Assembly: GCA_944383465.1 (NCBI GenBank)
Contig: CALWPQ010000003.1
Location: 11,662-75,661, forward strand
Direction: 5' to 3'
Origin: an uncultured Clostridia bacterium
Lineage (GTDB): Bacteria; Bacillota; Clostridia; Peptostreptococcales; Anaerovoracaceae
Length of the DNA stretch: 64,000 nucleotides
Positions 20,975-30,488 of this stretch are shown here, in pieces. The position numbers and the translations under genes are program-made. The notes beneath the pieces are model-generated. The model was not told the origin of the DNA. It did not search any database and was given only the letters and a program-made list of their open reading frames with translations. Within the stretch, counting starts at the first letter, position 1. Each line of letters begins with the position of its first letter.

Positions 20975-21946
20975 ATGAAAGAGTTTTATATAAAAAACCT
21001 GAAAAAGGATATTGAACTTACTGATTTTTTTATGGTTAAGAGCCTGGCATTTAAGACGGGCAGCAACGGTAAGACATTTCTCGACATTACGCTTGGCGAT
21101 ATGACGGGTGAGATTTCGGCGAAAAAGTGGGATGTTTTGAAAGATGAAACCGAAGTGCTTTCTAAAATAAAGGAAGGCGACATCGTAAAGGTAAAGGCGC
21201 TCGTCACAGAGTGGAACAATATGCGCCAGCTGCGGGTGACGAGGATAAGAGCTGCGGTTGAGTCGGACGGACTTGAGATTTCCGACTATATAAAGGCCGC
21301 GCCTGAGCCGCCCGCAGAAATGTATAGTTATATACATAATGAAGCGGAAGCGATGACCGACGGAGATCTCCGAAAACTTGCGCTGCGCCTGCTTGATGAT
21401 AATAGAGAAAAGCTTATGTACTATCCGGCGGCCTCTAAAAATCACCATGCAGAATTCGGCGGACTTCTCTATCATATGAAGCGAATGCTGATGACTGGAG
21501 TGCGCGTATGCGAAGTGTATACGAATTTAAACCGCGACCTTGTAGTGACGGGCGTTATCATTCACGATATTGAAAAAATTAACGAAATAGAGTCAAACGA
21601 GCTCGGTATTTCGCCGGGATATTCATTTGAGGGGAAAATGCTCGGACACATTATTCAGGGAATCAAGACTATAGACAGGCTTACACTTGAAATGGATTTT
21701 CCGCGTGAAAAGGCGATAATGCTCGAGCATATGATACTCTCGCACCACTATGAGCCGGAGTTTGGAAGTCCGAAAAAGCCGCTTTTCCCGGAAGCGGAGA
21801 TACTGCACTACCTCGATATTATAGACGCAAGAATGTACGATATGGAGGATGCGCTCGTTGCGACACAGCCGGGAGAATTTTCGGAGCGGGTATTTACGCT
21901 TGAAAACAGACAGCTTTACAAACCAGTGGCTGCGGATAAGGAATAG
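20975..21946 (+). CDS. yhaM: 3'-5' exoribonuclease YhaM (OB-fold + HD domain)
   Basis: An OB-fold N-terminus followed by HD-domain motifs HHAEFGGLLYH and IIHDIEK. The ATG at 20975 follows GAAAGGAAAAG. Confidence 0.85.
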   Translation: MKEFYIKNLKKDIELTDFFMVKSLAFKTGSNGKTFLDITLGDMTGEISAKKWDVLKDETEVLSKIKEGDIVKVKALVTEWNNMRQLRVTRIRAAVESDGLEISDYIKAAPEPPAEMYSYIHNEAEAMTDGDLRKLALRLLDDNREKLMYYPAASKNHHAEFGGLLYHMKRMLMTGVRVCEVYTNLNRDLVVTGVIIHDIEKINEIESNELGISPGYSFEGKMLGHIIQGIKTIDRLTLEMDFPREKAIMLEHMILSHHYEPEFGSPKKPLFPEAEILHYLDIIDARMYDMEDALVATQPGEFSERVFTLENRQLYKPVAADKE

Positions 21947-22080
21947 CTGCAGAAATACGGACGGAAAATTGCCGGGTCTTGCAGATTTGCGCAGCGCCAA
22001 ATTGGAAGCACGAGCGTTTGTGACAGGGCAAGTTATAAGTAATAGCCGCAATATGAGAACAACCAAAGGAGAAAATAGAA

Positions 22081-23388
22081 ATGATAAAATTGCCGAGGGA
22101 AATAAGACGCATAATGAAAGAACTCGAGACTGCGGGGTATGAAGTATACGCTGTAGGCGGATGCGTGCGCGATTTTCTGCTCGGAAAAAATCCGCTGGAT
22201 TTTGACCTGGCGACCAATGCGAAGCTCGAAGAAATGACAGCTATTTTTCCGGAAGCTGAAGTTATATCGGAAAAATATTCCGTTATCAGACTGGATTATT
22301 CAAATCCGGAAAATGAGGATGAAGGCATAATCGCAGATATTGCCACCTATCGCATAGACGGTGAGTACAGCGATTACAGACGGCCTGATGACGTGATATT
22401 TACGGAAAAAATAGAAGAGGACCTTAAAAGGCGCGATTTTACGATAAACGCGATGGCGGATAATCCGGAAAAAGCGCTGCTCGACCCATACGGAGGGCGC
22501 GAAGATATAAGAGAAAGGCTGATACGTACGGTGGGAGATCCAAAGCAGCGTTTTAAGGAGGATCCGCTTAGAATGCTCCGTGCCGTTAGATTTGCGGCGC
22601 AGCTGGATTTTGAGCTGCATAAGAGTGTACGCGAAGCGATAGCCGAGTGCAGTGAGTTTCTTATGCATGTGAGCAGGGATGCGGTGCGCAGCGAGTTTGA
22701 AAAAATAATTGTGACAGAGAATACGGGCAAGGGGCTGCATCTGCTTGCAAATTTAAATTTAATGAAATATATAGTGGGCGACGATATAGCAGGAAGGCTA
22801 AGCCGCCGCGAAATGGATAGCTTTGAGGGACTTATCGGCGGCATTGATAACACTTTTCGCGTACTTGAGCGGAGGCTGGGTGCGTTTTACAGCTGCTTTG
22901 AGGAAAAACGTGCGGAACAGGCTGTTGATTTTCTCGGATTCGATAACAGAACTAAAGAAATGCTGCTCGACGCAATTTATCTGCGGGACAAGATATTTTT
23001 CTTTGCAAACGAAGTAGACCTCAAAGATTTTCTGGCGCGTTACGGGCGCGAGCGCTACGACTATCTGCACAATCTCACTAAGGCTTTGTGTCTCATTTAC
23101 GATAGGTCAAACATTAAAATACAGGCCCGCAATCTGATGATGGAAAAGGTCGAGTCGAGAAACGATCCGATTTATATTGAAGATCTTGCTATTTCCGGGC
23201 AGGATCTGATAGATAACGGCATAGCAGAAGGTAAAAAAGTAGGAGAGCTGCTTTTTATGCTGACAGATGTGGTGCACAGAAAGCCGCACGAAAATACGAA
23301 AGAAGCGCTTCTCGGATACGCGCGCAAATACTCGAGAAACAAATTTGCCGCGGCTATTAGAAATGTCGGACTTTTGAACAAGAAATAG
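22081..23388 (+). CDS. cca: CCA-adding tRNA nucleotidyltransferase / poly(A) polymerase-family protein
   Basis: GGCVRDFLLGKNPLDFDLAT head-domain motif and RRDFTINAM. Confidence 0.85.
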   Translation: MIKLPREIRRIMKELETAGYEVYAVGGCVRDFLLGKNPLDFDLATNAKLEEMTAIFPEAEVISEKYSVIRLDYSNPENEDEGIIADIATYRIDGEYSDYRRPDDVIFTEKIEEDLKRRDFTINAMADNPEKALLDPYGGREDIRERLIRTVGDPKQRFKEDPLRMLRAVRFAAQLDFELHKSVREAIAECSEFLMHVSRDAVRSEFEKIIVTENTGKGLHLLANLNLMKYIVGDDIAGRLSRREMDSFEGLIGGIDNTFRVLERRLGAFYSCFEEKRAEQAVDFLGFDNRTKEMLLDAIYLRDKIFFFANEVDLKDFLARYGRERYDYLHNLTKALCLIYDRSNIKIQARNLMMEKVESRNDPIYIEDLAISGQDLIDNGIAEGKKVGELLFMLTDVVHRKPHENTKEALLGYARKYSRNKFAAAIRNVGLLNKK

Positions 23389-23475
23389 CAAGGCACGTGT
23401 TGCAGTTTGCGTCAAACCTGATGCATGAGCGTTATGATGCGTACCAAAGAATGTAATTTAAACAAGAGGGGAAAT

Positions 23476-25698
23476 ATGCCGGAGGAAAAAGAAGTAACGA
23501 TAGCTGAAATAATTTTTCATAACGATAATAATGCGTACACGGTAGCTGTCGTTCAGAGTGACAGAGAGGAATTTGTCGCGGTGGGAAGTCTTCCGGATGC
23601 TGCAAAGGGACGCACCTATGTGCTTACGGGAGTGTGGAAGCAGCATCCATCGTATGGAGAACAATTTGTTTTCAGTGAATTCCGTGAGGTGATGCCGACA
23701 TCACTCGAGGGTATAAAGGGATTTTTAGCATCAGGCATGCTAAAGGGTATAGGTAAAAAAACGGCGGCTTCGATAGCGGCGAAGTTCGGAAAAGATACAT
23801 TTGATATTATAGAAAAAGAGCCGCAAAGGCTTACAGAAATATCGGGTATTGGACCAGCTAAGGCAGAGGCTATATCTGAGGCGTTTCACGCGCACCGTGA
23901 ATTTGCGGAAGTGACAGTTTATTTTCAGCAGTACGGTATAAGCGCGGAATACGCGATGAAGCTCTATAAGCAGTATGGCAGCAATACTATAGCGATAGCG
24001 ACAGAGAATCCGTATCAGCTCATTAAAGATGTGGCGGGCATTGGGTTTCGCAGGGCGGACGCGATGGCGCTTAAGCTTGGAATTGCTAAAAACGACGAAG
24101 CGAGAATAAGGAGCGGTGTGGAATTTACGCTTTGGTACTATGCCGGCGAGGGCAATGTTTTTGTGCCGCAGAAAGAGTTGTGTGAACGCACGGCGGGACT
24201 GCTCGATGTTTCATCTGATGAAATCGCAGAGCAGCTTATGGTAATGGCGATAGAGGGCGATATCAGAGTTGAGATGCTCGAAGGCAGGGCGGTTGTTTAT
24301 CTTGCTGTTTATTACAATGCAGAAAAGAATGTTGCAGTTAAGCTTGCGCAGCTGTGCGAATCAGAGCTTAAAGGCGTAAATACCGATATGAATTCTCTGA
24401 TTGCGCTCACGGAGCGCGAGACAGGAATAACGTTGTCGGAGAAGCAGAAATATGCGGTGATAACATCGCTGTCATATGGTGTGTCGGTGATAACCGGCGG
24501 TCCGGGTACGGGCAAAACGACAATTATAAATTCAATAATAAACGTGCTGAGTCATGGCGGGCACAAGATTGCAATAGCGGCGCCGACTGGCAGAGCTGCA
24601 AAACGCATCACAGAGACTTCGGGGCATTTTGCGCAGACGATACACAGGCTTCTTGAATACTACTATTCTGAGGGGGAGGATGCCATGCGCTTTGGCAAGA
24701 CCGCGGAAGATCCGCTTGACTATGATGCGGTGATAATAGATGAAGCTTCGATGGTGGATTTGCTTTTGATGAACGGACTTGTAAACGCGTTAAAGCCGGG
24801 GACGAGGCTGATAATGGTGGGCGATGCTGATCAGCTGCCGTCTGTCGGTGCGGGAAATGTCCTGCGCGATATCATAGACAGCGAGTACGTATATTCCGTG
24901 AAGCTCGATGAGATTTTTCGCCAGGCACGGGAAAGTCTTATCGTTGTAAATGCCCATAGAATAAATAAAGGCGAGTATCCGAGCATAAATGAAAAGGATA
25001 AAGATTTTTTCTTTATGAGAAGGAACGGTGAGCTTGAAATACTTGAAACCGTAAAACAGCTATACAAAGAGCGGCTGCCGCGTTATTACACGAACTGCGA
25101 GCCGGTGCGTGATATACAGGTATTGACGCCTGTGCGTAAAGGGCTTATCGGCAGCATAAATCTGAACAAAGAACTACAGGCAGTTCTAAATCCGCTGCGC
25201 GCGGGACTTGTTGAAAAGAAATACGGAGACAAGGTGTTTCGCGTAGGCGACAAGGTGATGCAGATACGAAACAATTATGAGCTTGCCTGGAAAAGGCTCT
25301 CGGACTTTACAGAGGGTGAGGGTGTATTCAATGGAGATGTTGGCTTTATAGATTCGATAGATGTTGAATTTAACGAGATGACCGTAGTATTTGACGAGGA
25401 TAAATATGTAAAGTACGATGTGACAAATTTTGATGAGCTGGAGCTCGCGTATGCTGTGACTGTGCATAAGAGCCAGGGCAGTGAGTTTCCCATAGTGATA
25501 ATGCCGGTTTCGTGGTTTCCGCCGATGCTTGCGACGAGAAACCTTCTTTATACGGCGGTGACGAGGGGTAAGGAGGCTGTCGTGCTTGTCGGTTCGGAGC
25601 AGAAACTCTTTGCCATAGTTGATAACAATGCAATAACTAAAAGGTATTCGGGGCTGGCTGTACGCCTGCGCAGCATTGGCTGCGACGGGATGTTGTGA
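23476..25698 (+). CDS. recD2: RecD2-type ATP-dependent DNA helicase
   Basis: Walker A GGPGTGKTT, IIDEASMVD, and the C-terminal motif AVTVHKSQGSEF...LLYTAVTRGK. The ATG at 23476 follows AGAGGGG. Confidence 0.9.
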   Translation: MPEEKEVTIAEIIFHNDNNAYTVAVVQSDREEFVAVGSLPDAAKGRTYVLTGVWKQHPSYGEQFVFSEFREVMPTSLEGIKGFLASGMLKGIGKKTAASIAAKFGKDTFDIIEKEPQRLTEISGIGPAKAEAISEAFHAHREFAEVTVYFQQYGISAEYAMKLYKQYGSNTIAIATENPYQLIKDVAGIGFRRADAMALKLGIAKNDEARIRSGVEFTLWYYAGEGNVFVPQKELCERTAGLLDVSSDEIAEQLMVMAIEGDIRVEMLEGRAVVYLAVYYNAEKNVAVKLAQLCESELKGVNTDMNSLIALTERETGITLSEKQKYAVITSLSYGVSVITGGPGTGKTTIINSIINVLSHGGHKIAIAAPTGRAAKRITETSGHFAQTIHRLLEYYYSEGEDAMRFGKTAEDPLDYDAVIIDEASMVDLLLMNGLVNALKPGTRLIMVGDADQLPSVGAGNVLRDIIDSEYVYSVKLDEIFRQARESLIVVNAHRINKGEYPSINEKDKDFFFMRRNGELEILETVKQLYKERLPRYYTNCEPVRDIQVLTPVRKGLIGSINLNKELQAVLNPLRAGLVEKKYGDKVFRVGDKVMQIRNNYELAWKRLSDFTEGEGVFNGDVGFIDSIDVEFNEMTVVFDEDKYVKYDVTNFDELELAYAVTVHKSQGSEFPIVIMPVSWFPPMLATRNLLYTAVTRGKEAVVLVGSEQKLFAIVDNNAITKRYSGLAVRLRSIGCDGML

Positions 25699-25873
25699 CA
25701 GCAGACAGATTTAAAATCAAATGTATTGACTATAATGGCGCGCGGCAGCATTGCTAAAGAGAAATTAACAGAGGCGGCTTGCAGAAAGCATTTGCAGCTG
25801 AGCCTTGAAGAGGCTTTAAGTAAAAAACTGCGGGAAGTGTGAGTGAGCCGGAATTGAACAGGGGAAAGATGCT

Positions 25874-26416
25874 ATGATAATAGAAAAGGCGACGGAGAAA
25901 GATATAGATGCGCTGGAGAAGATGTACTATGAGGTGACGGCGCAGCTGGAAAAAACGGTGAATTATCCGGCGTGGATAAACGGACTTTATCCTACACGTG
26001 AGACTTTTGAAGAGGCTGTGAGCAAAGGGGCGATGTATGTCGCGCGGACAGAGGACGGCGAAGACGGCAAAATTGCAGCGGGAATGGTACTGAAAAGCGA
26101 AGAAGAGCCGGGGTTTTGCGATATAGAATGGCAGATTGAAGCAGAAGCCTCAGAAATCTACGTGCTCTGTACACTTGCGGTTGCACTTGATTTTAACGGA
26201 TGCGGTCTCGGAGAAGAGATGGTGCGTTTCGCGATTAAGCTCGCGAAGGAAAACGGCAAAAAGGCCGTGCGTCTTGATGTCACGGAGATAAACGCGCCGG
26301 CTATTTCGCTTTACGAAAAGCTCGGATTTAAATATATAGATATAATGGACACAGGTGAGGAATATATGCTTGAATACGGGCAGCGCATTTTTCGCCTTTA
26401 TGAAAAGCTGATATAG
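25874..26416 (+). CDS. GNAT-family N-acetyltransferase
   Basis: Acetyl-CoA-binding core GCGLGEEMVRFAIKLAKENG and the C-terminal motif ISLYEKLGF. Confidence 0.8.
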   Translation: MIIEKATEKDIDALEKMYYEVTAQLEKTVNYPAWINGLYPTRETFEEAVSKGAMYVARTEDGEDGKIAAGMVLKSEEEPGFCDIEWQIEAEASEIYVLCTLAVALDFNGCGLGEEMVRFAIKLAKENGKKAVRLDVTEINAPAISLYEKLGFKYIDIMDTGEEYMLEYGQRIFRLYEKLI

Positions 26417-26551
26417 TGCGCGTTTGAGGGTGAAATCAGTCAAATGCTGCGGAAAAAGAGCTTTGAAAGGCGGTATAGTCAGAAAATAAATGCGATTTGG
26501 CATCATGGAAAAAAGAAACCCGGATGTAAAATGGGCAATGGGTAAGAGAAA

Positions 26552-27349
26552 ATGGGGAAAGAGATGAATAGAGAAAGGAAGAAATACGGCGGCAGGATCA
26601 GCAAAGCAGTTTGCGATTTTGTGTATCCCGGCAGTCTTTACTGTATCGGATGCGGTGCGCTGATAGACAGGTCGCGCCATTACAGCCTTTGCAACAGCTG
26701 CCTTAGTAAATTTCATTTTGCATCGGGGCGCACATGTGAAAAATGCGGCAAGATTCTTGAAGAGGGGTATCACAAATCCATATGCCGTGACTGCACGGTA
26801 CATGAAAAGAAATTTGAACGCGGGTATTCGTGTATGCTTTACGGACTTTACGAAAAGAAAATACTGCGTGATTTCAAATATAGTGGAAAATCATATTATG
26901 CTCCGTACCTCGGTGAGCTGATGTACGATAGAGTTGCGCATCTTCTCGAAAATGAAATTGGCGCGGATATTGTCGTGCCAGTGCCGCTTCACAGAAAGAA
27001 GCAAAACAAAAGAGGATATAACCAGGCTGAGCTTCTTGCACGCGAAATATCAAAGCGTTCGGGAATTCCAATGAAAAAGGTGCTGGTGAGAACGAAAAAT
27101 ACAAGGCCGATGAGCTCCCTTACCGGCGCGGAGCGGCGTGAGAATCTCACAGGTGTATTTGCTGTACGGCCTCGGCAAAGTTCAGAAATAGCAAATAATC
27201 GTATACTGCTCATAGATGATATATATACGACCGGAAGTACTGCAAATGCCTGCAGCGAAACGCTCAAATCCGCGGGAGCAAGTGCTGTCATCGTGCTATG
27301 CCTTGCGGCGGGAGGCAATGGCGGCAGTGAGGATTATTTAAAAAATTAA
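26552..27349 (+). CDS. comFC: ComF-family protein (phosphoribosyltransferase domain)
   Basis: N-terminal Cys pairs (CIGCG...CNSC, CEKCG...CRDC) and PRTase motif ILLIDDIYTTGST. Confidence 0.85.
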   Translation: MGKEMNRERKKYGGRISKAVCDFVYPGSLYCIGCGALIDRSRHYSLCNSCLSKFHFASGRTCEKCGKILEEGYHKSICRDCTVHEKKFERGYSCMLYGLYEKKILRDFKYSGKSYYAPYLGELMYDRVAHLLENEIGADIVVPVPLHRKKQNKRGYNQAELLAREISKRSGIPMKKVLVRTKNTRPMSSLTGAERRENLTGVFAVRPRQSSEIANNRILLIDDIYTTGSTANACSETLKSAGASAVIVLCLAAGGNGGSEDYLKN

Positions 27350-27372
27350 ATATATTTAATATGCTGCAATAA

Positions 27373-27560
27373 TTGAGCGCGGCGGCGGCTCGGGTCTGAG
27401 GTTGAAAGTCCAAGCCAGCTACGGGCAAAGGGATCCGCGTAAGCTGTACCCGAGATGCGGGCAGTGATCATGGCGTAGTTTAGAAGTAAGTCCTCCGGAA
27501 ACCGGATAAAGGCAAGTGCGGGGTCAAAGACCTGGTCAGCCGAGCCGCCGCCGCGCTCAA
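27373..27560 (+). ncRNA. raiA-motif structured RNA
   Basis: A 21-bp perfect closing helix (27373-27393 with 27540-27560) encloses about 146 nt of GC-rich, hairpin-forming sequence. The position between comFC and hpf(raiA) is the published hallmark context. Strand was assigned by context only. Confidence 0.7.
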
Positions 27561-27680
27561 AAGTATAGAAATAAAAAATTCATAAATGCTAACCATCATC
27601 AATACTATAGCTCAAGGCATAAATTTGAAAATAAAACTTTTAGAATAATCTGAAAATGCTCTTTTATTTTTATGAGAATA

Positions 27681-27689
27681 TGGTATACT
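27681..27689 (+). promoter_or_regulatory. Extended -10 promoter (TGgTATACT) for hpf
   Basis: It lies about 95 nt upstream of the hpf ATG and downstream of the raiA RNA. Confidence 0.45.
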
Positions 27690-27784
27690 GTAAGTATAAA
27701 CAAATATTCGGTTTGAAGCGTGATACTCATGCAGTATTGCTGCAGTGAAGTGCCGCGCAGGTCATGAAAAAGGAGGCTTGAGTT

Positions 27785-28315
27785 ATGTTACTGAATATTA
27801 TCGGAAGAAACCTCAATGCAGGCGATGATCTTAAGAATGTTATCGAAAAGAAATTTGAAAAGCTTGACAAATATTTCTCCGACGATATCGAAGCAAATGT
27901 AGTGCTTTCGCAGGAAAAAGGCCGTCAGAAAATGGAGGCGACGATCAACGCGAAAGGTATTATTTTCAGAGCGGAGGAAACCAGCGGAGACTTTTTTGAC
28001 AGCGTGGATAAGGTGGTAGACAAATTATCTGCGCAGATGTCGAAATTTAAGGGAAAAATTAGAAATAGGTACAAAGACAACAAATCGCTTAAGTTTGAAG
28101 CATTCGGAGCACCTTTGCCGGAGGACGAGGAAGCAATGAATGTTGTCAAGAGAAAAAAATTCGTGCTCGAGCCGATGACGGTAGACGATGCGATAGTGCA
28201 GATGGAAATGCTCCAGCATACCTTCTTCATATTTCTAAATGTGGAGACCGATACTGTCAACCTCGTTTATAGGAGAAACGATAACAATTACGGATTGCTC
28301 GAGACGGAATATTAA
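27785..28315 (+). CDS. hpf: Ribosome hibernation-promoting factor, long form
   Basis: S30AE/sigma-54 modulation N-domain plus C-terminal dimerisation domain (KRKKFVLEPMTVDDAIVQMEMLQHTFFIFLN). Confidence 0.9.
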   Translation: MLLNIIGRNLNAGDDLKNVIEKKFEKLDKYFSDDIEANVVLSQEKGRQKMEATINAKGIIFRAEETSGDFFDSVDKVVDKLSAQMSKFKGKIRNRYKDNKSLKFEAFGAPLPEDEEAMNVVKRKKFVLEPMTVDDAIVQMEMLQHTFFIFLNVETDTVNLVYRRNDNNYGLLETEY

Positions 28316-28378
28316 AAAGGATCTCAGCCGGAATAAAGTTATAAGTACGAGTGAGGGTGCAGATAATAAATGAAAAAT

Positions 28379-28410
28379 AAAGGACTGCGGAATTAAAACC
28401 GCGGTCCTTT
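28379..28410 (+). terminator. Hairpin terminator after hpf
   Basis: A 12-bp stem, AAAGGACTGCGG with CCGCGGTCCTTT (one G-U). The T-tract is short. Confidence 0.5.
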
Positions 28411-28643
28411 GATTGTATGCGCGGTATTCAAGTGTTTTTGTAATATATATGATTATGACCTGTAACTTTGTTTTTACTAGCATTATGTGCAGACAAACCT
28501 TGTACAGCACAAAGCTATAAAACTTTTTTGAGCTTGTTAAAGCCGCGGTGAGCAAATATTTATATTTTTTTAGCTACTTTGATATTGTACACAACAGGCG
28601 TTTTTGTTACAATAAAAGTAGTAAATTTTGAGGGGTAAATCTA

Positions 28644-29486
28644 ATGCAGGAAATTTTTAACGGCATATTTTCCGGAATAAGAATTACAGATGTAATAGAT
28701 ATTTTAATTGTCGCTTTTGCAATATACAAACTGCTGGAATTTATAAGGGAAACGAGGGCAGCGCAGCTTGTAAAAGGACTGCTCGTTTTAATTGTCGTGA
28801 CTTTTGTTTCTGAAATTTCTCATCTTTATACTATAAACTGGATATTAAGGAATACAATGACTATAGGTGTAGTAGCACTTGTCATAATCTTTCAGCCTGA
28901 GCTCAGGCGCGGTCTTGAATATCTCGGCCGCAGCAAGTTTGTTCCGGGCAACTTCAGCCAGATTAACAAGGACAGGGCAAAGTACATAACGTCGGAATTT
29001 ATCAGGGCGGTGGAAAGCTTTTCGCAGACAAAGACCGGAGCGCTTATAATAATAGAACGTGAAACGGCGCTTACCGATATTATAGAAACGGGGACGGTGG
29101 TAGATGCGGAAATAAGTTCGGAGATACTCGGAAATATTTTTTACGAGGGAGCGCCTCTTCACGACGGCGCTGTTATAATCCGCGGAGATAGGCTGCAAGC
29201 CGCAGGCTGTGTGCTTCCGCTTACACAGAACAAGGCGCTGAATAAGGAGCTTGGGACGAGACACAGAGCGGGTATAGGCATCACGGAAAATTCTGATGCT
29301 ATAGCCATCATTGTCAGCGAAGAGACTGGTATAATTTCTATGGCGATAGACGGCAAGCTATCGAGATTTCTCGATATAAAGACGGTAGAAAAAACATTGC
29401 TCAACATATACATTGAGCCAGACAGCGATAACAAACTTAACGAGCTCAAGAATATGATAGGAAGGAGGAAAAATGTTTCAAAGTAA
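28644..29486 (+). CDS. cdaA: Diadenylate cyclase CdaA
   Basis: Three N-terminal TM helices plus DAC domain motifs GALIIIERE, DGAVII and TRHRAGIG. Confidence 0.95.
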   Translation: MQEIFNGIFSGIRITDVIDILIVAFAIYKLLEFIRETRAAQLVKGLLVLIVVTFVSEISHLYTINWILRNTMTIGVVALVIIFQPELRRGLEYLGRSKFVPGNFSQINKDRAKYITSEFIRAVESFSQTKTGALIIIERETALTDIIETGTVVDAEISSEILGNIFYEGAPLHDGAVIIRGDRLQAAGCVLPLTQNKALNKELGTRHRAGIGITENSDAIAIIVSEETGIISMAIDGKLSRFLDIKTVEKTLLNIYIEPDSDNKLNELKNMIGRRKNVSK

Positions 29487-30435
29487 GACAGCTATGAAAG
29501 TGCTTTCCCTCCTTATGGCGACAATCCTCTGGGGATATGTTATATGGGAAACAAATCCGGCGATAAGTCCGACAATAAACAATGTGCCGGTACAGATACT
29601 GAATGCGGAATCTATAGAGGAGAAGGGGTTAATAATTTTGGATCCGCAGGACTATACTGTAAATGTAAAGGTGCAGGGAAAGAAAAAAGATGCGGGTAAC
29701 ATTAAAGCAAGCGATATACGCGTGACAGCAGATCTTGATGGATACGGAGAAGGGGAAGCCGTGCTTGAGCTTAATGTGACAACTCCGGAGAATATTTCCG
29801 TGGTGGAGGTAGTGCCTGATAAAATCGTGCTCAACATAGATAGAATCGTGGAGAGTGAAAAGGAAGTGCGCGTAGAACCTGACGGTGCGCTTCCTGCTGA
29901 TGCTGAATTAAGCAGTATGACGCCCGATGCTGAAACAGTTACTGTAAAAGGAGCGTCAACTCTCGTAGCAAATGTTGCATATGTTAGTGCGAGCATTCCT
30001 ACGGATAGTATGATAGATGGAGAAAATACGCAGACGGTGCAGCTTGTTCCGGTGGACTCGCAGGGCGTGCAGGTGGACGGCGTCAGCGTATCGCCGGCGT
30101 CAATTGAAGTTGCAACCGTTGTCTATTACGCAAAGACAGTGCCGCTCATCACGGAGGTAGTAGGAGAGCCTGCAGAAGGCAAGACAGCAGATGTAATTGC
30201 GCGTGAAAATATAACGGTGCGCGGCAGACGCAATACGATAAGAAATTTGACTGAGGTAAGAGGCATTGTTGATATCAGCGGCATGGCGGAAAGTGGAGAA
30301 GTGCCTGTAAGACTTGAGCTTGCGGATGGAGTTTCGCTTGCGCATGGCGAGGCAGATGTTTTTGCTTCCGTAATAATAAATGACGAAAATCCGCAGGAGA
30401 GCGGGGGAGATGAAGGCGAACAGCAGGCGGAATAG
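29473..30435 (+). CDS. cdaR: CdaA regulatory protein CdaR (YbbR-domain repeats)
   Basis: N-terminal TM segment and repeated YbbR-like beta-rich modules. The gene overlaps the cdaA stop, as in the conserved cdaA-cdaR-glmM operon. Confidence 0.85.
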   Translation: MFQSKTAMKVLSLLMATILWGYVIWETNPAISPTINNVPVQILNAESIEEKGLIILDPQDYTVNVKVQGKKKDAGNIKASDIRVTADLDGYGEGEAVLELNVTTPENISVVEVVPDKIVLNIDRIVESEKEVRVEPDGALPADAELSSMTPDAETVTVKGASTLVANVAYVSASIPTDSMIDGENTQTVQLVPVDSQGVQVDGVSVSPASIEVATVVYYAKTVPLITEVVGEPAEGKTADVIARENITVRGRRNTIRNLTEVRGIVDISGMAESGEVPVRLELADGVSLAHGEADVFASVIINDENPQESGGDEGEQQAE

Positions 30436-30488
30436 AAAGTAAGACTAATACAGAAATAAAATCAGACTGAGTGAAAGGAAAGGGACAA

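Noticed and set aside
27395-27415. GAGGTTGAAAGTCCAAGCC resembles the RNase P RNA GAGGAAAGUCC box.
   Set aside because: The enclosing structured element is only about 188 nt, far shorter than bacterial RNase P RNA, and I could not find the complementary P4 strand. The comFC/hpf context fits the raiA motif instead.
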